64,000 nucleotides of DNA. It comes from Candidatus Marinacidobacterales bacterium. Its GTDB lineage: Bacteria; Acidobacteriota; Vicinamibacteria; Marinacidobacterales; DATDRI01. Location: positions 2,112,001 to 2,176,000 of the forward strand of contig CBDCNP010000002.1 in assembly GCA_965219415.1 (NCBI GenBank). Reading direction: 5' to 3'. Shown piece by piece: positions 42,721-52,567 of the stretch. Within the stretch, counting starts at the first letter, position 1, and each line of letters begins with the position of its first letter. The notes below the pieces were generated by a model that saw nothing but the letters and a program-made list of their open reading frames with translations, had not been told where the DNA came from and did no database searches. Position numbers and translations under genes: made by a program.

Positions 42721-43872
42721 TCACTCCTCGAGATAGCGGGCCACGAAGTCCGCAGGAAGAGGCTGCGGCTTCCCGGATCTTCCCTCTCGTGGCCGACACC
42801 ACCCGCACAAGAGTTTGTGTCCACATCGCTCGCCACGACCGAAGATCTTTTGTGCGACCGGCCGCATCGCTAACCTCCACCAAGCCGGCCGCGCCCACGA
42901 ATGTAGAAACTTTCGGAAATCACGATGGCCCGCTTGCCAAACGAAGAAACGCAGCCCGTAACGGCCGAGCGCCTCATAAAGGAAACGAGTGAAAACGCTC
43001 GAGCGCATGGTGCGCCCAAACTGTTCCGTCCACAAACGATCGAAATGAACTTTCTCGACGAGACTCCTCGCCGCCAGACGGCCGGTGGCAATAGCATAAC
43101 GAATGCCGAGTCCGAACAAGTAATCCTGAAAACCACCCGCCTCGCCCGCAAAGAGCGAACGTCCCTGAACCGAGCTCTCGTGAAGAAAGAAATTCATGTA
43201 AGAGTACCCGGGCCGAGGTGAATCGATGTCGAACGGCTGAATGCCTTGAAAGCGCTCGACCGTCCTTTCGAAGTGGCTCTCCAGGCGACCATACTCTTTC
43301 AAGAGCGCCAGCCCCAGAGTGCCCCAACCGTCCAGCACGAAAAAATAGGCATAGCCTCCCGGTGCCAACTCGGGATCGAAGATCACTTCGATGCGGTCGG
43401 GGCTTCCGGTTCGAAACGCGATCTCCTTCGCGATCCCGTCGGCGGGGCCTGGCCCGGTCGCGACGATGTCCGCCTCTTCGGGCGAGAGTTTCTTTCCGAA
43501 TTGGATCACCGCCCCCAGATCGCGTGCTTGAGCTTCGAGCCCGCGATCGAGGGTGCCCGATTCGACACCGCGGCGTAAGAAGTAGCCGTAAGGCCTTGAA
43601 CTCGCCACCGAAAAAGCCTTGCCACGATCGTCGAAGAGGTGGGCCCAGTGAGCGGCCCTTAGCTCGAAGTTAACGGCAATTCCCAAACGAGCGAGCTCCT
43701 CTCGCACGTCTTCCTTACGGCTATAGCTCTCGAGAACTTGATACTCTCCGATGAAGCGAGCCCCCACATCGTCTCTTCGCTCGAAGACCTCGACCGGCAA
43801 CCCGCTGCGTCGGAGATGGATCGCGGCGGACAATCCAGCCGGACCGGCACCGGCGATGATCACTTTCTTCAT
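42721..43872 (-). CDS. FAD-dependent oxidoreductase (geranylgeranyl reductase-like)
   Basis: GAGPAG, APGGYAY, GEAGGFQDYLFGLG; C-terminal CGHKLLCGWC. Confidence 0.8.
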   Translation of the reverse strand: MKKVIIAGAGPAGLSAAIHLRRSGLPVEVFERRDDVGARFIGEYQVLESYSRKEDVREELARLGIAVNFELRAAHWAHLFDDRGKAFSVASSRPYGYFLRRGVESGTLDRGLEAQARDLGAVIQFGKKLSPEEADIVATGPGPADGIAKEIAFRTGSPDRIEVIFDPELAPGGYAYFFVLDGWGTLGLALLKEYGRLESHFERTVERFQGIQPFDIDSPRPGYSYMNFFLHESSVQGRSLFAGEAGGFQDYLFGLGIRYAIATGRLAARSLVEKVHFDRLWTEQFGRTMRSSVFTRFLYEALGRYGLRFFVWQAGHRDFRKFLHSWARPAWWRLAMRPVAQKIFGRGERCGHKLLCGWCRPREGRSGKPQPLPADFVARYLEE

Positions 43873-45002
43873 GGCAGAAGGAGTCTCGAGAGCGTGGCTT
43901 CCCAGGTAATACCGCGAACGCTCTCCTCGGCAATGTTGCCCATCCGCATCGCGAGCTCTTGGTTGCCGGTGAGGATATCAATCTGGCGGGCAATGAAATG
44001 AGGATCCGGCAACAAGACGTAGCCCGAACGCCCGTTGTTCACGAGCTCGGCAGGGCCGCCGCTGTCCACGCACGTGATCACGGGCTTTCTCGAGCGAGCG
44101 GCCTCCAGGGTGACGAAACCAAAGTCCTCCATGAACGGAGCGAAGAAAACGGCTCGGCACCGTGCATAGTGATGAAGGAGGGTCTCCTCGTCGACGCGGC
44201 CCAAGAACTCCACTCGTTTCATAATATCGAGCTCGGCGGCGAGTCGGCGCAGTTCGTCCTCTTCCTCACCGCTTCCGGCGATGACGACTCGTAGGTCACC
44301 CGACTTGACGTGTTGCATCGCCTTCAGCAGCAAGCTGACTCGTTTCAAGGGATGGAGTCGGGAAACGGTGAATATGTAATTCTCATAAGCTTCGGTGCGG
44401 TAGGCCCTGCCCGGTGGCGGCGGGTAAAGCACCTCGCTCGGGATCTTCCCCCACTTCATCAGTCTTGCTTGAACCGTCTTGGAAAGTGCGAACAGTCGGG
44501 TCACGTTTCGCCGAAGCAGATATCCGTCGGCGCGGTGCACCATGAACCGACGGGTCCCCTCCTTGATCCTACCTTCCCACGAAAGCTGTTCCTTGAAACG
44601 CGGCCACAGGTCGTAGTACTCGCGCATGCGATGCGTGAGCCAGCACACGTGACGAGGGTGGCGGACCGCGTAGCTCGGAAAACGAAGCGAGATCACCTGA
44701 TCGACGGGGACGCCGTCTCCAGACTCGGAAACGTCGGTCAACCAGTTGGCCAGGTAAGCCGCGAATTGGCGGCCGAAGCGGTTTTGAGCGGTTCGAATGA
44801 TCTCTACTCGAAAACCGTGCTGCTGCAGCGCTGCGGCAAGGTTGCGGGCGATGACCCGATGTCCGCCCTCCACGAACGGCACATCGGACGTGACCACCGC
44901 AACGCGGGCCGGCTCCGCCTTGGACCCAGTGGCCTCCTTGGCGGTCGTGGCCCTAGTGTCAGCGGTCGCTTTCGACGAAGCCGGACCGTTCAAGGTCTCC
45001 AT
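43869..45002 (-). CDS. Glycosyltransferase family 4
   Basis: PFVEGG, SRLHPLKR, EDFGFVTLEA. Confidence 0.88.
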   Translation of the reverse strand: METLNGPASSKATADTRATTAKEATGSKAEPARVAVVTSDVPFVEGGHRVIARNLAAALQQHGFRVEIIRTAQNRFGRQFAAYLANWLTDVSESGDGVPVDQVISLRFPSYAVRHPRHVCWLTHRMREYYDLWPRFKEQLSWEGRIKEGTRRFMVHRADGYLLRRNVTRLFALSKTVQARLMKWGKIPSEVLYPPPPGRAYRTEAYENYIFTVSRLHPLKRVSLLLKAMQHVKSGDLRVVIAGSGEEEDELRRLAAELDIMKRVEFLGRVDEETLLHHYARCRAVFFAPFMEDFGFVTLEAARSRKPVITCVDSGGPAELVNNGRSGYVLLPDPHFIARQIDILTGNQELAMRMGNIAEESVRGITWEATLSRLLLP

Positions 45003-46011
45003 GCCGGACGTCTTCCTTTCCGCTAACCGACTGGCTGGCTGCAAACCCCTCTATCGCGTAGATGAACCCGCCTGGAAGATTCCCGATGACACCGAGAGCA
45101 AGGATGAGTATCGAGAGCACAAACGCGCCGTCGGGATCCATCCCTACACTTCCGAAAAGAGCCACGTAGGCAAGGTTGGTGGTTCCCAACCCGCTGACTG
45201 AGATCGGCAGCATGGTGATCAACAGTATGAGGGGAACGAAACAAAAAAAGTAGACTAGAGCCGTATCGAGAGCCATCGCTTCCGAAAGAAGATAGGCCTG
45301 TAGGATGCGAAGAATTTGAACACCGACCGACATCGCGAGCACCAAGCCTAGGAGCCCCGGTTGGCGTCGGTAGCGTTCCATGGCTCCGACGGCCCTTCGT
45401 ACCGAACTTCGCCAGCCGGGCCAGCCGGCTTTCTCATCTTCACCGCCGTCTTCGCTGGCAGGCCGGATGTGAGACAGGATCCAACGGTGAAAAGACGGGG
45501 ACAACAACAAAGCGAGTCCCGCCAAAGCCAAAACCGACAAGGCCAGCACCGTCGCCAGCAAGGCGGGGTGAGGATAGATGCGATAGAAAACGACGAGAGC
45601 GACCAGACCGATCAACAACATCGAGAGCATGCCCATGATGCGATCCATTGCCACCGAAGCAACGGATTCGACACCCTTGGACGATAACCGGGAGAAGGAC
45701 ACGGCACGAACCGCCTCTCCCCCGATTCCAGTGGGAAGGAAGCTTCCGAAGAACGTGCTCAAGAAGAAGATCTTCACGACTCTGACGCGCGGTGGATGAA
45801 ACCCGAGGCCCTCTAGAAGGTAGGTCCAGCGCCCCGCCATGAGACTGCGATCCATCGCCACCGTCACGAGTGTGAGGGCGACCAGCCACCAATCGGCCCG
45901 GACAAGAAAACCCGCCATGCTTCGAACATCGAGCCGAGAGAGCAGCAAGGCGATTAAGGCCACGCTCACGACGATGCGCAGCGTCCACCAAAAACGACGG
46001 CGGTTCGTCAT
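44959..46011 (-). CDS. Lysylphosphatidylglycerol synthase TM / flippase-like protein
   Basis: FLPTGIGGEAVR, DRIMG, LPISVSGLG. Confidence 0.85.
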   Translation of the reverse strand: MTNRRRFWWTLRIVVSVALIALLLSRLDVRSMAGFLVRADWWLVALTLVTVAMDRSLMAGRWTYLLEGLGFHPPRVRVVKIFFLSTFFGSFLPTGIGGEAVRAVSFSRLSSKGVESVASVAMDRIMGMLSMLLIGLVALVVFYRIYPHPALLATVLALSVLALAGLALLLSPSFHRWILSHIRPASEDGGEDEKAGWPGWRSSVRRAVGAMERYRRQPGLLGLVLAMSVGVQILRILQAYLLSEAMALDTALVYFFCFVPLILLITMLPISVSGLGTTNLAYVALFGSVGMDPDGAFVLSILILALGVIGNLPGGFIYAIEGFAASQSVSGKEDVRHGDLERSGFVESDR

Positions 46012-47273
46012 TGAGTGAGGGCACCGGCGGGAGTGTTCTCCCGCGTCGAGCCGGTTCCCGATTTCCCTCGGTCGTCATCGAGGAAAGTAAAGTCCCGCTC
46101 GTAATCCCATCTCGGGCGGCCGGAGGCCACGTCGCGGTAACGGTTCACCAAAACTTCATAGAGCCGCGACATCTTGTCCACAAACGTCTGAATATCGAAA
46201 CGACGTGAGCTCTCTCGAGCGCTTTCCGAGATTCGAGAGGCGAGGGACGGTTGGTCGAGCACCTTGGAGATGGCCGCGGCCAGCGCCTTTGGATCCCGAG
46301 GGGGCACCACCACAGAATTCACGCCGTTCCGCAAGACATCCCGCAGCCCATCGACGTCGGTGGAAACAATGGGCTTGGCCATCGCCATCGACTCGAAGAC
46401 GGTGAGCGGCGTGCCTTCCCAAAGCGACGGAAAGACCGCCACATCGAAGCTCGCGAAACAACTTGCCACGTCTTTTTGGAAACCAAAGAAGATCACCTTG
46501 TCCTTTATCCCCAACCGCACCGCCTGAGCCTCGAGCTCCGGTTGCAGTGGGCCCTCCCCCACCAAGACGAATCGGAGCTCGGGCCGTTGGCGCGACAAGA
46601 GAGCGGCGGCGTCTACGAAGAAACTATTTCCCTTCGACTCCATGAGTCGAGTGACGGTGCCGACGACTCGAATGCCCTTTTCGGAAAGTCCGGAGACACC
46701 AAGTTTACGGCGAGCCTCCTGTTCCCTTTCGCTGCTCCACGGCTGGAACTCATCGAGGGGCGCACCCAAGTAGACCAGCTTCACTCGCTGCGGGGAGAGT
46801 TTTCTCGCCTCTATGCAGAATTGGCGCGTACTATCGGAGACCGCGATGGCCAGATCGGTAACCGGGTCGAAGAGCTTGTCCGGAATCTTTTGAAACCAAG
46901 GTGTGTCGGTTAGGTTCGCGTGCTCGTGGAGGACGTTGGGTATCCGCAAGGCCAGCGCCGCCGCTCGTCCGAAGGTCGTCGCCCCGTAGCCATGGGCTTG
47001 GATGACATCGATCTCGAGCCGCTTCAGCAAACGAACCAGCGCCGGGAGGGTCGTCGGATCGAACTTCGATTTCTCGAGATAGTAAACGGGAAATCCGAAC
47101 TGCTCGAGTGTTTCCTCCGACAAATCCCGTCGGCGGAGACACAAAAGCGATACTCGGAATCGATTCGGATCGAACCGCGGGATCATCCAAGAGAAGAGCC
47201 TCTTCACCCCGTGCATCCGGGAGCCTTCCCAGCCGAGGTGATCGCAGACTTGCAGGACGTTGATAGGAGCCAA
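46008..47273 (-). CDS. Glycosyltransferase family 4
   Basis: RBS AAGGAG + TTG; TRLMESKG, SLWEGTPLTVFESMA. Confidence 0.85.
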   Translation of the reverse strand: MAPINVLQVCDHLGWEGSRMHGVKRLFSWMIPRFDPNRFRVSLLCLRRRDLSEETLEQFGFPVYYLEKSKFDPTTLPALVRLLKRLEIDVIQAHGYGATTFGRAAALALRIPNVLHEHANLTDTPWFQKIPDKLFDPVTDLAIAVSDSTRQFCIEARKLSPQRVKLVYLGAPLDEFQPWSSEREQEARRKLGVSGLSEKGIRVVGTVTRLMESKGNSFFVDAAALLSRQRPELRFVLVGEGPLQPELEAQAVRLGIKDKVIFFGFQKDVASCFASFDVAVFPSLWEGTPLTVFESMAMAKPIVSTDVDGLRDVLRNGVNSVVVPPRDPKALAAAISKVLDQPSLASRISESARESSRRFDIQTFVDKMSRLYEVLVNRYRDVASGRPRWDYERDFTFLDDDRGKSGTGSTRENTPAGALTQ

Positions 47274-47277
47274 CGGG

Positions 47278-48456
47278 CTACTTCTCCTTCGACTGGAGTG
47301 GCGACTGAGGTGGATGCAGGCGGTTGTACTTCTTGCCGACCTCGAGCACCCGCTCAATGGAAAGCGCCTCGACGGTTCGATCATCCCGGCCGGAGACGGT
47401 GGTGGCCTGAAGCAGTGAATTGTAAATGGCCTCTTCGGTGGCTTCGACGACCGCTTCGAAGAGCGGCGAGAGCGCATTCCCCCGAAGCACCGGAGAACCT
47501 TCGGTGAGGCTCTCGGATTCATAAGCGCTTCGGAGCTCGGCGACTGTCGAGAAGGCGATGACGAAGTCGCCGCTCCCGTGAGTCGATGGACCACCCGTCC
47601 GGCCCATACCTAGCATGGCTCGACTCGCCAGCCTTCTGAGCCCGTGTGTTGCGACCGGTGCGTCGGTCGCAACCACCATCATGACCGACCCGTCGGCCCG
47701 GTCAGCACTTTCCGTACCTTCAGCGGGCGTCTCGACGTCTTCCCGCAAGTAGTAACGGCCTAGTTCTTTACCGATCGGCAGTCCGTCCATCTGAAGGACG
47801 CCGCCGAAATTGCTCTGCACCAGAACACCGACGGTGTAGCCACCGAGAGAGTCGGGAAGGCGCCGGGATGATGTTCCGATGCCTCCCTTGAAACCAAAAC
47901 AGATCGTCCCCGCGCCGGCGCCTACACTTCCCTCTTGGACCGGGCCCTCTTCCGCTCCGCGTATGGCGGTGAGCACGTGCTCCTCCTTGACGTGGCGGCC
48001 GCGGATGTCATTCAGATAGCCGTCGTTCGTCTCACCAACAACGGGATTAACGGAGCGCACGTCTTCGTTTCCCGGAAGCACAAGGATGTAAGTAACCACC
48101 GCGTTCGCAGCCTCCCATACCGACAAGGTGTTGGTCAGAACGATGGGAGTCTCGACAAAGCCCAATTCCTCGACTTGCGTCGATCCCACGAGTTTCCCGA
48201 ATGCATTGCCGATGTGTACGGCGGCGGGAACCTTGTGTTGGAAGAGGTTACCTCCATGAGGAAGAATCGCCGTCACCCCGGTTCTTACGGAGTCGCCTTC
48301 GATGAGCGTGACGTGTCCTACCCGCACTCCCTCAACGTCGGTGATGGCGTTCAATGGTCCGGTCGGGAGGACTCCCGGTACCAGACCGATCTCCCTGGCA
48401 CGCGGTCGCTCGGGCTCTGCCTGGGCCCCGTGCGTGGCAAAGGCGAGAAGGATCAC
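47278..48456 (-). CDS. dmpA: DmpA-type (P1) aminopeptidase
   Basis: NAITDVEGVRVGH, VGETNDGYLND, GFKGGIGTSS, DG/S autocleavage site, GSGDF. Confidence 0.88.
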   Translation of the reverse strand: MILLAFATHGAQAEPERPRAREIGLVPGVLPTGPLNAITDVEGVRVGHVTLIEGDSVRTGVTAILPHGGNLFQHKVPAAVHIGNAFGKLVGSTQVEELGFVETPIVLTNTLSVWEAANAVVTYILVLPGNEDVRSVNPVVGETNDGYLNDIRGRHVKEEHVLTAIRGAEEGPVQEGSVGAGAGTICFGFKGGIGTSSRRLPDSLGGYTVGVLVQSNFGGVLQMDGLPIGKELGRYYLREDVETPAEGTESADRADGSVMMVVATDAPVATHGLRRLASRAMLGMGRTGGPSTHGSGDFVIAFSTVAELRSAYESESLTEGSPVLRGNALSPLFEAVVEATEEAIYNSLLQATTVSGRDDRTVEALSIERVLEVGKKYNRLHPPQSPLQSKEK

Positions 48457-48475
48457 GAGGACCGCCCGTCTCCTG

Positions 48476-49690
48476 CTATTTGCCGGGTGCCTGACTCGGC
48501 ACGGCTTGCTCAGGCTCCGCCCTCCTCGACAGGAAATCCAAAACGCGACGGGTCCTCTCCAAGTAGTTTTCATAACTGTATTCGTTTTCCGCTCGTCGCC
48601 GGGCAGCTTCGCCCAACGCCTGGGCCCGATTCGGATCGCGCAGCACGGTCAAAATCCCCTCACCGAACGCTTCTGGGTCGGCCGCAGTGAGCTGGGAAAT
48701 CTCGTCGTCCAAGACTTGTGTGTGTGTCAGCAGTCGCGTGGCGACGATCGGTTTTCCGGCGCGAAGATAAGCGTAGATCTTCAACGGAGTGTTGTTTCCG
48801 TGTGAACGGGGAGATACCAGCACCTCGGTGGCTGCCAAATAGACGGACATCTCGTCTGGCGGGCGCTGTCCCGCGAAGACGACTTTGTCCTCGAGACCTC
48901 GTTGCTGAACCGCGCTGCGCGCCTCTTCGATTTGCTCAGGGTGACCGCCCACCATAAGGAGACGGGCCTTGGTGTCGCGCTCGGCGACCCATCGGACGGC
49001 GTCGAAGAGCAGTTCGAGTCCCTGATAGGCTTCAAACGTACCGGTGTAACCGATGACCGCCGTCCCCTCGAGCCCCAGAGACTCTCGGAGAGCCGTCACC
49101 TCTTCACCATCGGCGACGCGATTCGCCTCCGCCAGAGGAGAGTTCTCGATCAAGAAACAAGGCTTCTCTGGGTCGAAGTCGGCGACGACCTCCTGCAAGT
49201 AAGGACAGATCACGATGACCGCCGTCGAGCCCTTGATGGTCCAGCGCTCTGCGATCGCGAACAGTCTTCGCAATATCGCTGACCGTGTGTAGCGAAAGTT
49301 CACGAGTTGCTCGGGCAGAGACGAGTGCATATCGTAAACCGTTGGGACGCCGAACAGTTTAGATAGCAAGGCTCCCATCAGCCCCGCCTCTTCGTGGCAA
49401 TCGAGCAGATCGTAGCGAGCCGACATCAGCCGCCGCACGGCGGAGAAGAACACCATGACATCGAGCGGAAGCTTGGCGAGCGAGGGGCCGATCGAGATCT
49501 TGCGGATTCCCGGGATTCCTGGAGCGCGAAAGATTCTCAGCCCGGAGATGGAAACGTCTTCCCCTATCGGATACGTCACCATATCGACTTCGTGTCCCAG
49601 CTCGGTCAAGGCGCGGGTTCGGTAGTACTCGCTGAAGGGCGTGCCCCGCGGCTGAAAGAAGGGCTCGGGGGCGATCATCAGGATACGCAT
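48476..49690 (-). CDS. Glycosyltransferase family 4
   Basis: APEPFFQPRGTP, YTGTFEAYQG, NTPLKIYAYL. Confidence 0.88.
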   Translation of the reverse strand: MRILMIAPEPFFQPRGTPFSEYYRTRALTELGHEVDMVTYPIGEDVSISGLRIFRAPGIPGIRKISIGPSLAKLPLDVMVFFSAVRRLMSARYDLLDCHEEAGLMGALLSKLFGVPTVYDMHSSLPEQLVNFRYTRSAILRRLFAIAERWTIKGSTAVIVICPYLQEVVADFDPEKPCFLIENSPLAEANRVADGEEVTALRESLGLEGTAVIGYTGTFEAYQGLELLFDAVRWVAERDTKARLLMVGGHPEQIEEARSAVQQRGLEDKVVFAGQRPPDEMSVYLAATEVLVSPRSHGNNTPLKIYAYLRAGKPIVATRLLTHTQVLDDEISQLTAADPEAFGEGILTVLRDPNRAQALGEAARRRAENEYSYENYLERTRRVLDFLSRRAEPEQAVPSQAPGK

Positions 49691-49963
49691 GGTTTTCGGT
49701 GCGGTAGCCGCCTTATCTCCCTTATCTCATTGACCAGACGAGACTAAGTCAAAGAAGATTATAGGCTTGGAGGCGAAGAGGGGTCAAAGGCAGGACATCA
49801 ACACCGTGAACGGTTCGGTGACAGATAGACAAGAGTTCCGCTCCCCTCGATCGCCCACCTCGTGTTAACCTCCCGCAGCGCCTGACAACTTGACAGGCCG
49901 ACAGGCTGTCAGGCCTCGCGGCTCCCGAAAGCGCCCAAAATCTATTTCGCAAAGGACAATGAC

Positions 49964-51319
49964 ATGAAGCATTTCGCCATCACGTGTGCTGCGTTGCTGG
50001 TGTCGATCGTTTCCGCCTCTGCTCAGACCCAAGGACTCCTCATCGAGAACGTCACCCTCATCGACGGAACCGGGGCGTCTCCGGTCACCGGGGCCTTCAT
50101 CTGGATCGAAGGCGATCGCATTCGAGGAGTTAGTGATGAACCCATCGAAGTACCGCGTGGAACGACCCGCCTTAAAGGAAAAGGTAAGTACGCCATCCCT
50201 GGACTCATGGACATGCACGTACACATAAGGGGACCCGGATCGGGATTCGATGGCGCCGGGCCTGGAGCCTCTCCCGCAGCCTTCGGGCTCTCCGCGATTC
50301 AAGGCTATCTGTATGCCGGGGTCACAACCATTTACGACGCCGGGAACGACCAGGACTATATCTTCTCCTTCCGGGAACAGGAACGATCCGGCGAGATCGT
50401 GGCCCCCCGCATCTTCGCCACCGGTTACATCGTGACCGCTCCCAACGGTCATGGCAGTAACTACCCGATCACAATTGGAATCGAGGATTGGCCGGCGGAT
50501 CGCGACAAGTTGGATGCTCACATCGCAGCGAAGCCTGACATTCTCAAAATCACTCAGGACGAACACGGCTGGGGCACCCGGCCCATGATCAATAAGCTCC
50601 CGCTCGACCTGCTGGAGACGATCATTCGCTACTACCACGAGCACGGAATCCGAACCACCATCCACGCCTCGAACGAGCTTCGCACGTGGGAGGCCATTTA
50701 CGCCGGCATCGACACGCTCGTTCATCCGGTCATTCAGGCACCGGTGAGCGATAAGTATCTCAACATGATGAAGGTGAAACGGATCCCACAAGTGACTACC
50801 TTGGCGATCGGGGAAAGCTATAGCCGTTTGGCCGAGGACCCCAATCATCTGGATCAGCCGCTTTACCGGGCCACGCTCGATCCAGAGGAGATCCGAAGGC
50901 TCAAAGAATTCGAGGCGCAGAAGCAGGCCGAACGACGGTGGGCCGCGTGGATGAAAGTGATGACACCCGTAGCGCAAGACAATGTGAAACGAGTCAACAA
51001 GGTGGGTGGCGTGGTGGTGCTAGGCACGGATCAAAGTCTCGCGGCGGCAGTACACCGAGAGCTAGAGCTTCTCGTCGAGGGCGGGATTCCGGCCCTGGAC
51101 GCTATCAAGATCGCATCGCTCAACGGCGCTCGCTTTCTCGGCAAAGAGGCTGACCTGGGTTCCGTCGAAAAAGGGAAGATCGCTGACCTAGTCCTCCTGA
51201 CCGCCGACCCGATCGCCGACATCAAGAACACCACGCGGATCGACACCGTCATCAAGGGGGGCCGCATTATCGACCGGTCCAACCTCCAGATTCCCGCCAA
51301 CGCGACGGGCACTCAGTAA
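49964..51319 (+). CDS. Secreted amidohydrolase
   Basis: Signal peptide, PGLMDMHVH, GTD, GKIADLVLL.ADP. Confidence 0.88.
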   Translation: MKHFAITCAALLVSIVSASAQTQGLLIENVTLIDGTGASPVTGAFIWIEGDRIRGVSDEPIEVPRGTTRLKGKGKYAIPGLMDMHVHIRGPGSGFDGAGPGASPAAFGLSAIQGYLYAGVTTIYDAGNDQDYIFSFREQERSGEIVAPRIFATGYIVTAPNGHGSNYPITIGIEDWPADRDKLDAHIAAKPDILKITQDEHGWGTRPMINKLPLDLLETIIRYYHEHGIRTTIHASNELRTWEAIYAGIDTLVHPVIQAPVSDKYLNMMKVKRIPQVTTLAIGESYSRLAEDPNHLDQPLYRATLDPEEIRRLKEFEAQKQAERRWAAWMKVMTPVAQDNVKRVNKVGGVVVLGTDQSLAAAVHRELELLVEGGIPALDAIKIASLNGARFLGKEADLGSVEKGKIADLVLLTADPIADIKNTTRIDTVIKGGRIIDRSNLQIPANATGTQ

Positions 51320-51440
51320 AGGCTCGGGTTCACCTTATGAAAGCCTGCTGGTTGACTAGAAGCGCTGCCTCGCATAGCATCGGGCCGGATTAGGAAACCT
51401 CTCTCAAAGGGCCGTTCCCAACGACCGGGAGGAAGGGGAA

Positions 51441-52544
51441 ATGAACATGGACCGACGAGCCTTCCTCGCCGCATTGGCGGCGGCCAGCGCCGGTGCCGCG
51501 TTGCCAGGCCGAGCCGACCCGCTTCTCGCCGATACTTCTCGTGTACCTTTCGATGATTTACCGGAACGGCTCTTCGAAAGGACACCGGTCTTCGACGCCC
51601 TCGGTTTCATCGACGACGAACTACTGACCGATACCGATTGGGATCTGGTTCGGCGCTCCGGCGTCACCGCGCTCCACACCAGCCTCGACAACCGCAACTT
51701 GCGCGTCGCGCTCGAAGCTCTCACTCAATGGCAGGCTCGATTCGACAGCCAACCGGATCGACTGGTCAAAGTGCTCGGCGCGGACGATATCGACCGCGCG
51801 CACCGAGAGGACAAGCTCGGGATCTTGTTGGGTTTCCAAAACGCGACGTGTATCGAAGGGGATATCGACAACCTGCCCCTTCTTCACGACGCCGGCACCC
51901 GCATCATCCAGCTCACCTACAACTCGCGAAACCTCCTCGGGGACGGCTGCACGGAGAGAACCAATGCCGGGCTTTCCGATTTCGGTGTGGCAGTTGTGGA
52001 AACGATGAACGAGCTGGGAATTGCCGTCGACTTGTCTCATTGCGGGGAACAGACGAGTCGGGACGGCATCGCAATCTCCCGGAAACCTCCTGCCTTCACC
52101 CATACGATGTGCAAGGCACTGCACGATCATCCACGCGCCAAGAGTGACGAGTTGCTCCGCGCCATGGCCGACCGCGGCGGAATGGTCGGCATCGTGTCTC
52201 TCGGCTACTTCATTGGCCCCACGGCGGAAACCACATTGGAAGACTACCTGCAGCACGTCGACCACGCCGTCAACGTTGCGGGCGTCGATCACGTGGGCCT
52301 GGCCTCGGACTACTCGCTGCGAGGGATTCGCGCGACGGCCAGCCGCGAGAGCTGGTACGAGCCACGGCTGACGAGATACAAACCCAGCTATAACGTCCGC
52401 TGGCCTCCTTGGATCTCTGAGCTTGATGAACCCGAACGTTTTCGCACAACCGCCGAAGCACTGAAAGAGCGCGGCTATCGCAACGAGGACGTCGAGAAAT
52501 TATTGGGCGGAAATTGGAGCCGATACTTCCGGCAGGCGTTGTAG
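51441..52544 (+). CDS. Tat-exported M19 membrane dipeptidase
   Basis: DRRAFL twin-Arg, QLTYN, VDLSH, DHVGLASD, LGGNW. Confidence 0.88.
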   Translation: MNMDRRAFLAALAAASAGAALPGRADPLLADTSRVPFDDLPERLFERTPVFDALGFIDDELLTDTDWDLVRRSGVTALHTSLDNRNLRVALEALTQWQARFDSQPDRLVKVLGADDIDRAHREDKLGILLGFQNATCIEGDIDNLPLLHDAGTRIIQLTYNSRNLLGDGCTERTNAGLSDFGVAVVETMNELGIAVDLSHCGEQTSRDGIAISRKPPAFTHTMCKALHDHPRAKSDELLRAMADRGGMVGIVSLGYFIGPTAETTLEDYLQHVDHAVNVAGVDHVGLASDYSLRGIRATASRESWYEPRLTRYKPSYNVRWPPWISELDEPERFRTTAEALKERGYRNEDVEKLLGGNWSRYFRQAL

Positions 52545-52567
52545 TTCCCCGCCGGACCCACCGCAAG

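Noticed and set aside
49880-49915. GCCTGACA...TGTCAGGC inverted repeat and GACAGGC direct repeats
   Set aside because: Could be an operator but is short and single-copy; not supportable.
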